A stretch of DNA of 64,000 nucleotides, taken from Auanema rhodensis (Eukaryota; Animalia; Nematoda). Location of the stretch: assembly GCA_964057225.1 (NCBI GenBank), contig OZ059900.1, forward strand, positions 13,268,001 to 13,332,000. The letters are read 5' to 3'. Below the pieces are notes generated by a model that had not been told where the DNA came from, searched no databases, and worked only from the letters and a program-made list of their open reading frames with translations. The number at the start of each line of letters is the position of its first letter. Positions within the stretch are counted from its first letter, which is position 1. This document shows, in pieces, positions 40,663 through 54,800 of this stretch. Both the position numbers and the translations under genes were made by a program.

Positions 40663-43600
40663 TATGATTATATGACACTATAGATGCCAAAGCAAAACAA
40701 ATTTGAATATGAACATGACGCGTCTTTTACATTATAGTTTGACCGGATAAAGCTTTGTATAGCTTTGTATAGCTTTGTACACTGATCACATATACGGCGA
40801 TAGGCTAGAACAGTTCATAAGTTTCCTGGATAGATTTGGTTTAATTACCCAAGTTAGAGGTAGTATCTCAATCTAACCAGAGAACTTCTGAGTTGGAAAT
40901 ACATTTTGGAAAGCACACCATGAGTGTGCAATATTGAAAACTGTCTGTCTTAGTATGATTATATGACACTATAGATGCCAAAGCAAAACAAATTTGAATA
41001 TGAAGATGACGCGTCTTTTACATTGTAGTTTGACCGGATAAAGCTTTGTATAGCTTTGTACACTGATCACATATACGGCGATAGGCTAGAACAGTTCATA
41101 AGTTTCCTGGATAGATTTGGTTTAATTACCCAAGTTAGAGGTAGTATCTCAATCTAACCAGAGAACTTCTGAGTTGGAAATACATTTTGGAAAGCACACC
41201 ATGAGTGTGCAATATTGAAAACTGTCTGTCTTACTATGATTATATGACACTATAGATGCCAAAGCAAAACAAATTTGAATATGAACATGACGCGTCTTTT
41301 ACATTATAGTTTGACCGGATAAAGCTTTGTATAGCTTTGTATAGCTTTGTACACTGATCACATATACGGCGATAGGCTAGAACAGTTCATAAGTTTCCTG
41401 GATAGATTTGGTTTAATTACCCAAGTTAGAGGTAGTATCTCAATCTAACCAGAGAACTTCTGAGTTGGAAATACATTTTGGAAAGCACACCATGAGTGTG
41501 CAATATTGAAAACTGTCTGTCTTAGTATGATTATATGACACTATAGATGCCAAAGCAAAACAAATTTGAATATGAACATGACGCGTCTTTTACATTATAG
41601 TTAGACCGGATAAAGCTTTGTATAGCTTTGTACACTGATCACATATACGGCGATAGGCTAGAACAGTTCATAAGTTTCCTGGATAGATTTGGTTTAATTA
41701 CCCAAGTTAGAGGTAGTATCTCAATCTAACCAGAGAACTTCTGAGTTGGAAATACATTTTGGAAAGCACACCATGAGTGTGCAATATTGAAAACTGTCTG
41801 TCTTAGTATGATTATATGACACTATAGATGCCAAAGCAAAACAAATTTGAATATGAACATGACGCGTCTTTTACATTATAGTTTGACCGGATAAAGCTTT
41901 GTATAGCTTTGTATAGCTTTGTACACTGATCACATATACGGCGATAGGCTAGAACAGTTCATAAGTTTACTGAATAGATATGGTTTAATTACCCAAGTTA
42001 GAGGTAGTATCTCAATCTAACCAGAGAACTTCTGAGTTGGAAATACATTTTGGAAAGCACACCATGAGTGTGCAATATTGAAAACTGTCTGTCTTAGTAT
42101 GATTATATGACACTATAGATGCCAAAGCAAAACAAATTTGAATATGAACATGACGCGTCTTTTACATTATAGTTTGACCGGATAAAGCTTTGTATAGCTT
42201 TGTATAGCTTTGTACACTGATCACATATACGGCGATAGGCTAGAACAGTTCATAAGTTTACTGAATAGATATGGTTTAATTACCCAAGTTAGAGGTAGTA
42301 TCTCAATCTAACCAGAGAACTTCTGAGTTGGAAATACATTTTGGAAAGCACACCATGAGTGTGCAATATTGAAAACTGTCTGTCTTAGTATGATTATATG
42401 ACACTATAGATGCCAAAGCAAAACAAATTTGAATATGAACATGACGCGTCTTTTACATTATAGTTAGACCGGATAAAGCTTTGTATAGCTTTGTACACTG
42501 ATCACATATACGGCGATAGGCTAGAACAGTTCATAAGTTTCCTGGATAGATTTGGTTTAATTACCCAAGTTAGAGGTAGTATCTCAATCTAACCAGAGAT
42601 CTTCTGAGTTGGAAATACATTTTGGAAACCACACCATGAGTGTGCAATATTGGAAACTGTCTGTCTTAGTATGATTATATGACACTATAGATGCCAAAGC
42701 AAAACAAATTTGAATATGAACATGACGCGTCTTTTACATTATAGTTTGACCGGATAAAGCTTTGTATAGCTTTGTATAGCTTTGTACACTGATCACATAT
42801 ACGGCGATAGGCTAGAACAGTTCATAAGTTTCCTGGATAGATTTGGTTTAATTACCCAAGTTAGAGGTAGTATCTCAATCTAACCAGAGAACTTCTGAGT
42901 TGGAAATACATTTTGGAAAGCACACCATGAGTGTGCAATATTGAAAACTGTCTGTCTTAGTATGATTATATGACACTATAGATGCCAAAGCAAAACAAAT
43001 TTGAATATGAAGATGACGCGTCTTTTACATTGTAGTTTGACCGGATAAAGCTTTGTATAGCTTTGTACACTGATCACATATACGGCGATAGGCTAGAACA
43101 GTTCATAAGTTTCCTGGATAGATTTGGTTTAATTACCCAAGTTAGAGGTAGTATCTCAATCTAACCAGAGAACTTCTGAGTTGGAAATACATTTTGGAAA
43201 GCACACCATGAGTGTGCAATATTGAAAACTGTCTGTCTTACTATGATTATATGACACTATAGATGCCAAAGCAAAACAAATTTGAATATGAACATGACGC
43301 GTCTTTTACATTATAGTTTGACCGGATAAAGCTTTGTATAGCTTTGTATAGCTTTGTACACTGATCACATATACGGCGATAGGCTAGAACAGTTCATAAG
43401 TTTCCTGGATAGATTTGGTTTAATTACCCAAGTTAGAGGTAGTATCTCAATCTAACCAGAGAACTTCTGAGTTGGAAATACATTTTGGAAAGCACACCAT
43501 GAGTGTGCAATATTGAAAACTGTCTGTCTTAGTATGATTATATGACACTATAGATGCCAAAGCAAAACAAATTTGAATATGAACATGACGCGTCTTTTAC

Positions 43601-44676
43601 ATTATAGTTAGACCGGATAAAGCTTTGTATAGCTTTGTACACTGATCACATATACGGCGATAGGCTAGAACAGTTCATAAGTTTCCTGGATAGATTTGGT
43701 TTAATTACCCAAGTTAGAGGTAGTATCTCAATCTAACCAGAGAACTTCTGAGTTGGAAATACATTTTGGAAAGCACACCATGAGTGTGCAATATTGAAAA
43801 CTGTCTGTCTTAGTATGATTATATGACACTATAGATGCCAAAGCAAAACAAATTTGAATATGAACATGACGCGTCTTTTACATTATAGTTTGACCGGATA
43901 AAGCTTTGTATAGCTTTGTATAGCTTTGTACACTGATCACATATACGGCGATAGGCTAGAACAGTTCATAAGTTTACTGAATAGATATGGTTTAATTACC
44001 CAAGTTAGAGGTAGTATCTCAATCTAACCAGAGAACTTCTGAGTTGGAAATACATTTTGGAAAGCACACCATGAGTGTGCAATATTGAAAACTGTCTGTC
44101 TTAGTATGATTATATGACACTATAGATGCCAAAGCAAAACAAATTTGAATATGAACATGACGCGTCTTTTACATTATAGTTTGACCGGATAAAGCTTTGT
44201 ATAGCTTTGTATAGCTTTGTACACTGATCACATATACGGCGATAGGCTAGAACAGTTCATAAGTTTACTGAATAGATATGGTTTAATTACCCAAGTTAGA
44301 GGTAGTATCTCAATCTAACCAGAGAACTTCTGAGTTGGAAATACATTTTGGAAAGCACACCATGAGTGTGCAATATTGAAAACTGTCTGTCTTAGTATGA
44401 TTATATGACACTATAGATGCCAAAGCAAAACAAATTTGAATATGAACATGACGCGTCTTTTACATTATAGTTAGACCGGATAAAGCTTTGTATAGCTTTG
44501 TACACTGATCACATATACGGCGATAGGCTAGAACAGTTCATAAGTTTCCTGGATAGATTTGGTTTAATTACCCAAGTTAGAGGTAGTATCTCAATCTAAC
44601 CAGAGAACTTCTGAGTTGGAAATACATTTTGGAAAGCACACCATGAGTGTGCAATATTGAAAACTGTCTGTCTTAG
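40663..44676 (+). repeat. 7-monomer higher-order repeat (2007 bp, L-S-L-S-L-L-S), two tandem copies; a third partial copy at 46122-47847
   Basis: The GAAGATG + CTTACTA marker unit starts at 40954, 42961 and 46413, with the same following units. Confidence 0.85.
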
Positions 44677-47556
44677 TATGATTATATGACACTATAGATG
44701 CCAAAGCAAAACAAATTTGAATATGAACATGACGCGTCTTTTACATTATAGTTTGACCGGATAAAGCTTTGTATAGCTTTGTATAGCTTTGTACACTGAT
44801 CACATATACGGCGATAGGCTAGAACAGTTCATAAGTTTACTGAATAGATATGGTTTAATTACCCAAGTTAGAGGTAGTATCTCAATCTAACCAGAGAACT
44901 TCTGAGTTGGAAATACATTTTGGAAAGCACACCATGAGTGTGCAATATTGAAAACTGTCTGTCTTAGTATGATTATATGACACTATAGATGCCAAAGCAA
45001 AACAAATTTGAATATGAACATGACGCGTCTTTTACATTATAGTTTGACCGGATAAAGCTTTGTATAGCTTTGTATAGCTTTGTACACTGATCACATATAC
45101 GGCGATAGGCTAGAACAGTTCATAAGTTTACTGAATAGATATGGTTTAATTACCCAAGTTAGAGGTAGTATCTCAATCTAACCAGAGAACTTCTGAGTTG
45201 GAAATACATTTTGGAAAGCACACCATGAGTGTGCAATATTGAAAACTGTCTGTCTTAGTATGATTATATGACACTATAGATGCCAAAGCAAAACAAATTT
45301 GAATATGAACATGACGCGTCTTTTACATTATAGTTAGACCGGATAAAGCTTTGTATAGCTTTGTACACTGATCACATATACGGCGATAGGCTAGAACAGT
45401 TCATAAGTTTCCTGGATAGATTTGGTTTAATTACCCAAGTTAGAGGTAGTATCTCAATCTAACCAGAGATCTTCTGAGTTGGAAATACATTTTGGAAACC
45501 ACACCATGAGTGTGCAATATTGGAAACTGTCTGTCTTAGTATGATTATATGACACTATAGATGCCAAAGCAAAACAAATTTGAATATGAACATGACGCGT
45601 CTTTTACATTATAGTTTGACCGGATAAAGCTTTGTATAGCTTTGTATAGCTTTGTACACTGATCACATATACGGCGATAGGCAAGAACAGTTCATAAGTT
45701 TCCTGGATAGATTTGGTTTAATTACCCAAGTTAGAGGTAGTATCTCAATCTAACCAGAGAACTTCTGAGTTGGAAATACATTTTGGAAAGCACACCATGA
45801 GTGTGCAATATTAAAAACTGTCTGTCTTAGTATGATTATATGACACTATAGATGCCAAAGCAAAACAAATTTGAATATGAACATGACGCGTCTTTTACAT
45901 TATAGTTTGACCTGATAAAGCTTTGTATAGCTTTGTATAGCTTTGTACACTGATCACATATACGGCGATAGGCTAGAACAGTTCATAAGTTTCCTGGATA
46001 GATTTGGTTTAATTACCCAAGTTAGAGGTAGTATCTCAATCTAACCAGAGAACTTCTGAGTTGGAAATACATTTTGGAAAGCACACCACGAGTGTGCAAT
46101 ATTGAAAACTGTCTGTCTTAATATGATTATATGACACTATAGATGCCAAAGCAAAACAAATTTGAATATGAACATGACGCGTCTTTTACATTATAGTTTG
46201 ACCGGATAAAGCTTTGTATAGCTTTGTATAGCTTTGTACACTGATCACATATACGGCGATAGGCTAGAACAGTTCATAAGTTTCCTGGATAGATTTGGTT
46301 TAATTACCCAAGTTAGAGGTAGTATCTCAATCTAACCAGAGAACTTCTGAGTTGGAAATACATTTTGGAAAGCACACCATGAGTGTGCAATATTGAAAAC
46401 TGTCTGTCTTAGTATGATTATATGACACTATAGATGCCAAAGCAAAACAAATTTGAATATGAAGATGACGCGTCTTTTACATTGTAGTTTGACCGGATAA
46501 AGCTTTGTATAGCTTTGTACACTGATCACATATACGGCGATAGGCTAGAACAGTTCATAAGTTTCCTGGATAGATTTGGTTTAATTACCCAAGTTAGAGG
46601 TAGTATCTCAATCTAACCAGAGAACTTCTGAGTTGGAAATACATTTTGGAAAGCACACCATGAGTGTGCAATATTGAAAACTGTCTGTCTTACTATGATT
46701 ATATGACACTATAGATGCCAAAGCAAAACAAATTTGAATATGAACATGACGCGTCTTTTACATTATAGTTTGACCGGATAAAGCTTTGTATAGCTTTGTA
46801 TAGCTTTGTACACTGATCACATATACGGCGATAGGCTAGAACAGTTCATAAGTTTCCTGGATAGATTTGGTTTAATTACCCAAGTTAGAGGTAGTATCTC
46901 AATCTAACCAGAGAACTTCTGAGTTGGAAATACATTTTGGAAAGCACACCATGAGTGTGCAATATTGAAAACTGTCTGTCTTAGTATGATTATATGACAC
47001 TATAGATGCCAAAGCAAAACAAATTTGAATATGAACATGACGCGTCTTTTACATTATAGTTAGACCGGATAAAGCTTTGTATAGCTTTGTACACTGATCA
47101 CATATACGGCGATAGGCTAGAACAGTTCATAAGTTTCCTGGATAGATTTGGTTTAATTACCCAAGTTAGAGGTAGTATCTCAATCTAACCAGAGAACTTC
47201 TGAGTTGGAAATACATTTTGGAAAGCACACCATGAGTGTGCAATATTGAAAACTGTCTGTCTTAGTATGATTATATGACACTATAGATGCCAAAGCAAAA
47301 CAAATTTGAATATGAACATGACGCGTCTTTTACATTATAGTTTGACCGGATAAAGCTTTGTATAGCTTTGTATAGCTTTGTACACTGATCACATATACGG
47401 CGATAGGCTAGAACAGTTCATAAGTTTACTGAATAGATATGGTTTAATTACCCAAGTTAGAGGTAGTATCTCAATCTAACCAGAGAACTTCTGAGTTGGA
47501 AATACATTTTGGAAAGCACACCATGAGTGTGCAATATTGAAAACTGTCTGTCTTAG

Positions 47557-50500
47557 TATGATTATATGACACTATAGATGCCAAAGCAAAACAAATTTGA
47601 ATATGAACATGACGCGTCTTTTACATTATAGTTTGACCGGATAAAGCTTTGTATAGCTTTGTATAGCTTTGTACACTGATCACATATACGGCGATAGGCT
47701 AGAACAGTTCATAAGTTTACTGAATAGATATGGTTTAATTACCCAAGTTAGAGGTAGTATCTCAATCTAACCAGAGAACTTCTGAGTTGGAAATACATTT
47801 TGGAAAGCACACCATGAGTGTGCAATATTGAAAACTGTCTGTCTTAGTATGATTATATGACACTATAGATGCCAAAGCAAAACAAATTTGAATATGAACA
47901 TGACGCGTCTTTTACATTGTAGTTTGACCGGATAAAGCTTTGTATAGCTTTGTACACTGATTACATATACGGCGATAGGCTAGAACAGTTCATAAGTTTC
48001 CTGGATAGATTTGGTTTAATTACCCAAGTTAGAGGTAGTATCTCAATCTAACCAGAGAACTTCTGAGTTGGAAATACATTTTGGAAAGCACACCATGAGT
48101 GTGCAATATTGAAAACTGTCTGTCTTAGTATGATTATATGACACTATAGATGCCAAAGCAAAACAAATTTGAATATGAACATGACGCGTCTTTTACATTA
48201 TAATTTGACGGGATAAAGCTTTGTATAGCTTTGTATAGCTTTGTACACTGATCACATATACGGCGATAGGCTAGAACAGTTTATAAGTTTCCTGAATAGA
48301 TTTGGTTTAATTACCCAAGTTAGAGGTAGTATCTCAATCTAACCAGAGAACTTCTGAGTTGGAAATACATTTTGGAAAGCACACCACGAGTGTGCAATAT
48401 TGAAAACTGTCTGTCTTAGTATGATTATATGACACTATAAATGCCAAAGCAAAACAAATTTGAATATGAACATGACGCGTCTTTTACATTATAGTTTGAC
48501 CGGATAAAGCTTTGTATAGCTTTGTATAGCTTTGTACACTGATCACATATACGGCGATAGGCTAGAACAGTTCATAAGTTTCCTGGATAGATTTGGTTTA
48601 ATTACCCAAGTTAGAGGTAGTATCTCAATCTAACCAGAGAACTTCTGAGTTGGAAATACATTTTGGAAAGCACACCATGAGTGTGCAATATTGAAAACTG
48701 TCTGTCTTAGTATGATTATATGACACTATAGATGCCAAAGCAAAACAAATTTGAATATGAACATGACGCGTCTTTTACATTGTAGTTTGACCGGATAAAG
48801 CTTTGTATAGCTTTGTACACTGATCACATATACGGCGATAGGCTAGAACAGTTCATAAGTTTCCTGGATAGATTTGGTTTAATTACCCAAGTTAGAGGTA
48901 GTATCTCAATCTAACCAGAGAACTTCTGAGTTGGAAATACATTTTGGAAAGCACACCATGAGTGTGCAATATTGAAAACTGTCTGTCTTAGTATGATTAT
49001 ATGACACTATAGATGCCAAAGCAAAACAAATTTGAATATGAACATGACGCGTCTTTTACATTATAGTTTGACCGGATAAAGCTTTGTATAGCTTTGTATA
49101 GCTTTGTACACTGATCACATATACGGCGATAGGCTAGAACAGTTCATAAGTTTCCTGAATAGATTTGGTTTAATTACCCAAGTTAGAGGTAGTATCTCAA
49201 TCTAACCAGAGAACTTCTGAGTTGGAAATACATTTTGGAAAGCACACCATGAGTGTGCAATATTAAAAACTGTCTGTCTTAGTATGATTATATGACACTA
49301 TAGATGCCAAAGCAAAACAAATTTGAATATGAACATGACGCGTCTTTTACATTATAGTTTGACCTGATAAAGCTTTGGATAGCTTTGTACACTGATCACA
49401 TATACGGCGAGAGGCTAGAACAGTTTATAAGTTTCCTGAATAGATTTGGTTTAATTACCCAAGTTAGAGGTAGTATCTCAATCTAACCAGAGAACTTCTG
49501 AGTTGGAAATACATTTTGGAAAGCACACCATGAGTGTGCAATATTGAAAACTGTCTGTCTTAGTATGATTATATGACACTATAGATGCCAAAGCAAAACA
49601 AATTTGAATATGAACATGACGCGTCTTTTACATTATAGTTTGACCGGATAAAGCTTTGTATAGCTTTGTATAGCTTTGTACACTGATCACATATACGGCG
49701 ATAGGCTAGAACAGTTCATAAGTTTACTGAATAGATATGGTTTAATTACCCAAGTTAGAGGTAGTATCTCAATCTAACCAGAGAACTTCTGAGTTGGAAA
49801 TACATTTTGGAAAGCACACCATGAGTGTGCAATATTGAAAACTGTCTGTCTTAGTATGATTATATGACACTATAGATGCCAAAGCAAAACAAATTTGAAT
49901 ATGAACATGACGCGTCTTTTACATTGTAGTTTGACCGGATAAAGCTTTGTATAGCTTTGTACACTGATTACATATACGGCGATAGGCTAGAACAGTTCAT
50001 AAGTTTCCTGGATAGATTTGGTTTAATTACCCAAGTTAGAGGTAGTATCTCAATCTAACCAGAGAACTTCTGAGTTGGAAATACATTTTGGAAAGCACAC
50101 CATGAGTGTGCAATATTGAAAACTGTCTGTCTTAGTATGATTATATGACACTATAGATGCCAAAGCAAAACAAATTTGAATATGAACATGACGCGTCTTT
50201 TACATTATAATTTGACGGGATAAAGCTTTGTATAGCTTTGTATAGCTTTGTACACTGATCACATATACGGCGATAGGCTAGAACAGTTTATAAGTTTCCT
50301 GAATAGATTTGGTTTAATTACCCAAGTTAGAGGTAGTATCTCAATCTAACCAGAGAACTTCTGAGTTGGAAATACATTTTGGAAAGCACACCACGAGTGT
50401 GCAATATTGAAAACTGTCTGTCTTAGTATGATTATATGACACTATAAATGCCAAAGCAAAACAAATTTGAATATGAACATGACGCGTCTTTTACATTATA

Positions 50501-51570
50501 GTTTGACCGGATAAAGCTTTGTATAGCTTTGTATAGCTTTGTACACTGATCACATATACGGCGATAGGCTAGAACAGTTCATAAGTTTCCTGGATAGATT
50601 TGGTTTAATTACCCAAGTTAGAGGTAGTATCTCAATCTAACCAGAGAACTTCTGAGTTGGAAATACATTTTGGAAAGCACACCATGAGTGTGCAATATTG
50701 AAAACTGTCTGTCTTAGTATGATTATATGACACTATAGATGCCAAAGCAAAACAAATTTGAATATGAACATGACGCGTCTTTTACATTGTAGTTTGACCG
50801 GATAAAGCTTTGTATAGCTTTGTACACTGATCACATATACGGCGATAGGCTAGAACAGTTCATAAGTTTCCTGGATAGATTTGGTTTAATTACCCAAGTT
50901 AGAGGTAGTATCTCAATCTAACCAGAGAACTTCTGAGTTGGAAATACATTTTGGAAAGCACACCATGAGTGTGCAATATTGAAAACTGTCTGTCTTAGTA
51001 TGATTATATGACACTATAGATGCCAAAGCAAAACAAATTTGAATATGAACATGACGCGTCTTTTACATTATAGTTTGACCGGATAAAGCTTTGTATAGCT
51101 TTGTATAGCTTTGTACACTGATCACATATACGGCGATAGGCTAGAACAGTTCATAAGTTTCCTGAATAGATTTGGTTTAATTACCCAAGTTAGAGGTAGT
51201 ATCTCAATCTAACCAGAGAACTTCTGAGTTGGAAATACATTTTGGAAAGCACACCATGAGTGTGCAATATTAAAAACTGTCTGTCTTAGTATGATTATAT
51301 GACACTATAGATGCCAAAGCAAAACAAATTTGAATATGAACATGACGCGTCTTTTACATTATAGTTTGACCTGATAAAGCTTTGGATAGCTTTGTACACT
51401 GATCACATATACGGCGAGAGGCTAGAACAGTTTATAAGTTTCCTGAATAGATTTGGTTTAATTACCCAAGTTAGAGGTAGTATCTCAATCTAACCAGAGA
51501 ACTTCTGAGTTGGAAATACATTTTGGAAAGCACACCATGAGTGTGCAATATTGAAAACTGTCTGTCTTAG
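47557..51570 (+). repeat. Second 7-monomer higher-order repeat (2007 bp, L-S-L-L-S-L-S), two tandem copies
   Basis: The private CTGATTAC variant occurs in units at 47848 and 49855 (offset 2007), and neighbouring markers repeat in register. Confidence 0.9.
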
Positions 51571-51861
51571 TATGATTATATGACACTATAGATGCCAAAG
51601 CAAAACAAATTTGAATATGAACATGACGCGTCTTTAACATTATAATTTGACCGGATAAAGCTTTGTATAGCTTTGTATAGCTTTGTACACTGATCACATA
51701 TACGGCGATAGGCTAGGACAGTTTATAAGTTTCCTGAATAGATTTGGTTTAATTACCCAAGTTAGAGGTAGTATCTCAATCTAACCAGAGAACTTCTGAG
51801 TTGGAAATACATTTTGGAAAGCACACCATGAGTGTGCAATATTGAAAACTGTCTGTCTTAG

Positions 51862-54800
51862 TATGATTATATGACACTATAGATGCCAAAGCAAAACAAA
51901 TTTGAATATGAACATGACGCGTCTTTTACATTATAGTTTGACCGGATAAAGCTTTGTATAGCTTTGTATAGCTTTGTACACTGATCACATATACGGCGAT
52001 AGGCTAGAACAGTTCATAAGTTTCCTGAATAGATTTGGTTTAATTACCCAAGTTAGAGGTAGTATCTCAATCTAACCAGAGAACTTCTGAGTTGGAAATA
52101 CATTTTGGAAAGCACACCATGAGTGTGCAATATTGAAAACTGTCTGTCTTAGTATGATTATATGACACTATAGATGCCAAAGCAAAACAAATTTGAATAT
52201 GAACATGACGCGTCTTTTACATTATAGTTTGACCGGATAAAGCTTTGTATAGCTTTGGATAGCTTTGTACACTGATCACATATACGGCGATAGGCTAGAA
52301 CAGTTCATAAGTTTCCTGGATAGATTTGGTTTAATTACCCAAGTTAGAGGTAGTATCTCAATCTAACCAGAGAACTTCTGAGTTGGAAATACATTTTGGA
52401 AAGCACACCATGAGTGTGCAATATTGAAAACTGTCTGTCTTAGTATGATTATATGACACTATAGATGCCAAAACAAAACAAATTTGAATATGAACACGAC
52501 GCGTCTTTTACATTGTAGTTTGACCGGATAAAGCTTTGTATAGCTTTGTACACTGATCACATATACGGCGATAGGCTAGAACAGTTCATAAGTTTCCTGG
52601 ATAGATTTGGTTTAATTACCCAAGTTAGAGGTAGTATCTCAATCTAACCAGAGAACTTCTGAGTTGGAAATACATTTTGGAAAGCACACCATGAGTGTGC
52701 AATATTGAAAACTGTCTGTCTTAGTATGATTATATGACACTATAGATGCCAAAGCAATATAAATTTGAATATGAACATGACGCGTCTTTTACATTATAGT
52801 TTGACCGGATAAAGCTTTGTATAGCTTTGTATAGCTTTGTACACTGATCACATATACGGCGATAGGCTAGAACAGTTTATAAGTTTCCTGAATAGATTTG
52901 GTTTAATTACCCAAGTTAGAGGTAGTATCTCAATCTAACCAGAGAACTTCTGAGTTGGAAATACATTTTGGAAAGCACACCACGAGTGTGCAATATTGAA
53001 AACTGTCTGTCTTAGTATGATTATATGACACTATAAATGCCAAAGCAAAACAAATTTGAATATGAACATGACGCGTCTTTTACATTATAGTTTGACCGGA
53101 TAAAGCTTTGTATAGCTTTGTATAGCTTTGTACACTGATCACATATACGGCGATAGGCTAGAACAGTTCATAAGTTTCCTGGATAGATTTGGTTTAATTA
53201 CCCAAGTTAGAGGTAGTATCTCAATCTAACCAGAGAACTTCTGAGTTGGAAATACATTTTGGAAAGCACACCATGAGTGTGCAATATTGAAAACTGTCTG
53301 TCTTAGTATGATTATATGACACTATAGATGCCAAAGCAAAACAAATTTGAATATGAACATGACGCGTCTTTTACATTGTAGTTTGACCGGATAAAGCTTT
53401 GTATAGCTTTGTACACTGATCACATATACGGCGATAGGCTAGAACAGTTCATAAGTTTCCTGGATAGATTTGGTTTAATTACCCAAGTTAGAGGTAGTAT
53501 CTCAATCTAACCAGAGAACTTCTGAGTTGGAAATACATTTTGGAAAGCACACCATGAGTGTGCAATATTGAAAACTGTCTGTCTTAGTATGATTATATGA
53601 CACTATAGATGCCAAAGCAAAACAAATTTGAATATGAACATGACGCGTCTTTTACATTATAGTTTGACCGGATAAAGCTTTGTATAGCTTTGTATAGCTT
53701 TGTACACTGATCACATATACGGCGATAGGCTAGAACAGTTTATAAGTTTCCTGAATAGATTTGGTTTAATTACCCAAGTTAGAGGTAGTATCTCAATCTA
53801 ACCAGAGAACTTCTGAGTTGGAAATACATTTTGGAAAGCACACCATGAGTGTGCAATATTGAAAACTGTCTGTCTTAGTATGATTATATGACACTATAGA
53901 TGCCAAAGCAATATAAATTTGAATATGAACATGACGCGTCTTTTACATTATAGTTTGACCGGATAAAGCTTTGTATAGCTTTGTATAGCTTTGTACACTG
54001 ATCACATATACGGCGATAGGCTAGAACAGTTTATAAGTTTCCTGAATAGATTTGGTTTAATTACCCAAGTTAGAGGTAGTATCTCAATCTAACCAGAGAA
54101 CTTCTGAGTTGGAAATACATTTTGGAAAGCACACCACGAGTGTGCAATATTGAAAACTGTCTGTCTTAGTATGATTATATGACACTATAAATGCCAAAGC
54201 AAAACAAATTTGAATATGAACATGACGCGTCTTTTACATTATAGTTTGACCGGATAAAGCTTTGTATAGCTTTGTATAGCTTTGTACACTGATCACATAT
54301 ACGGCGATAGGCTAGAACAGTTCATAAGTTTCCTGGATAGATTTGGTTTAATTACCCAAGTTAGAGGTAGTATCTCAATCTAACCAGAGAACTTCTGAGT
54401 TGGAAATACATTTTGGAAAGCACACCATGAGTGTGCAATATTGAAAACTGTCTGTCTTAGTATGATTATATGACACTATAGATGCCAAAGCAAAACAAAT
54501 TTGAATATGAACATGACGCGTCTTTTACATTATAGTTTGACCTGATAAAGCTTTGGATAGCTTTGTACACTGATCACATATACGGCGAGAGGCTAGAACA
54601 GTTCATAAGTTTCCTGGATAGATTTGGTTTAATTACCCAAGTTAGAGGTAGTATCTCAATCTAACCAGAGAACTTCTGAGTTGGAAATACATTTTGGAAA
54701 GCACACCATGAGTGTGCAATATTGAAAACTGTCTGTCTTAGTATGATTATATGACACTATAGATGCCAAAGCAAAACAAATTTGAATATGAACATGACGC

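Noticed and set aside
51485-51697. 70-aa minus-strand ORF from the ORF track
   Set aside because: It lies wholly in satellite sequence. It exists only because a private T>A at 51636 (TCTTTAACAT vs TCTTTTACAT) turns a minus-strand TAA into TTA, and nearly all other units keep the stop. The protein has no recognisable features.
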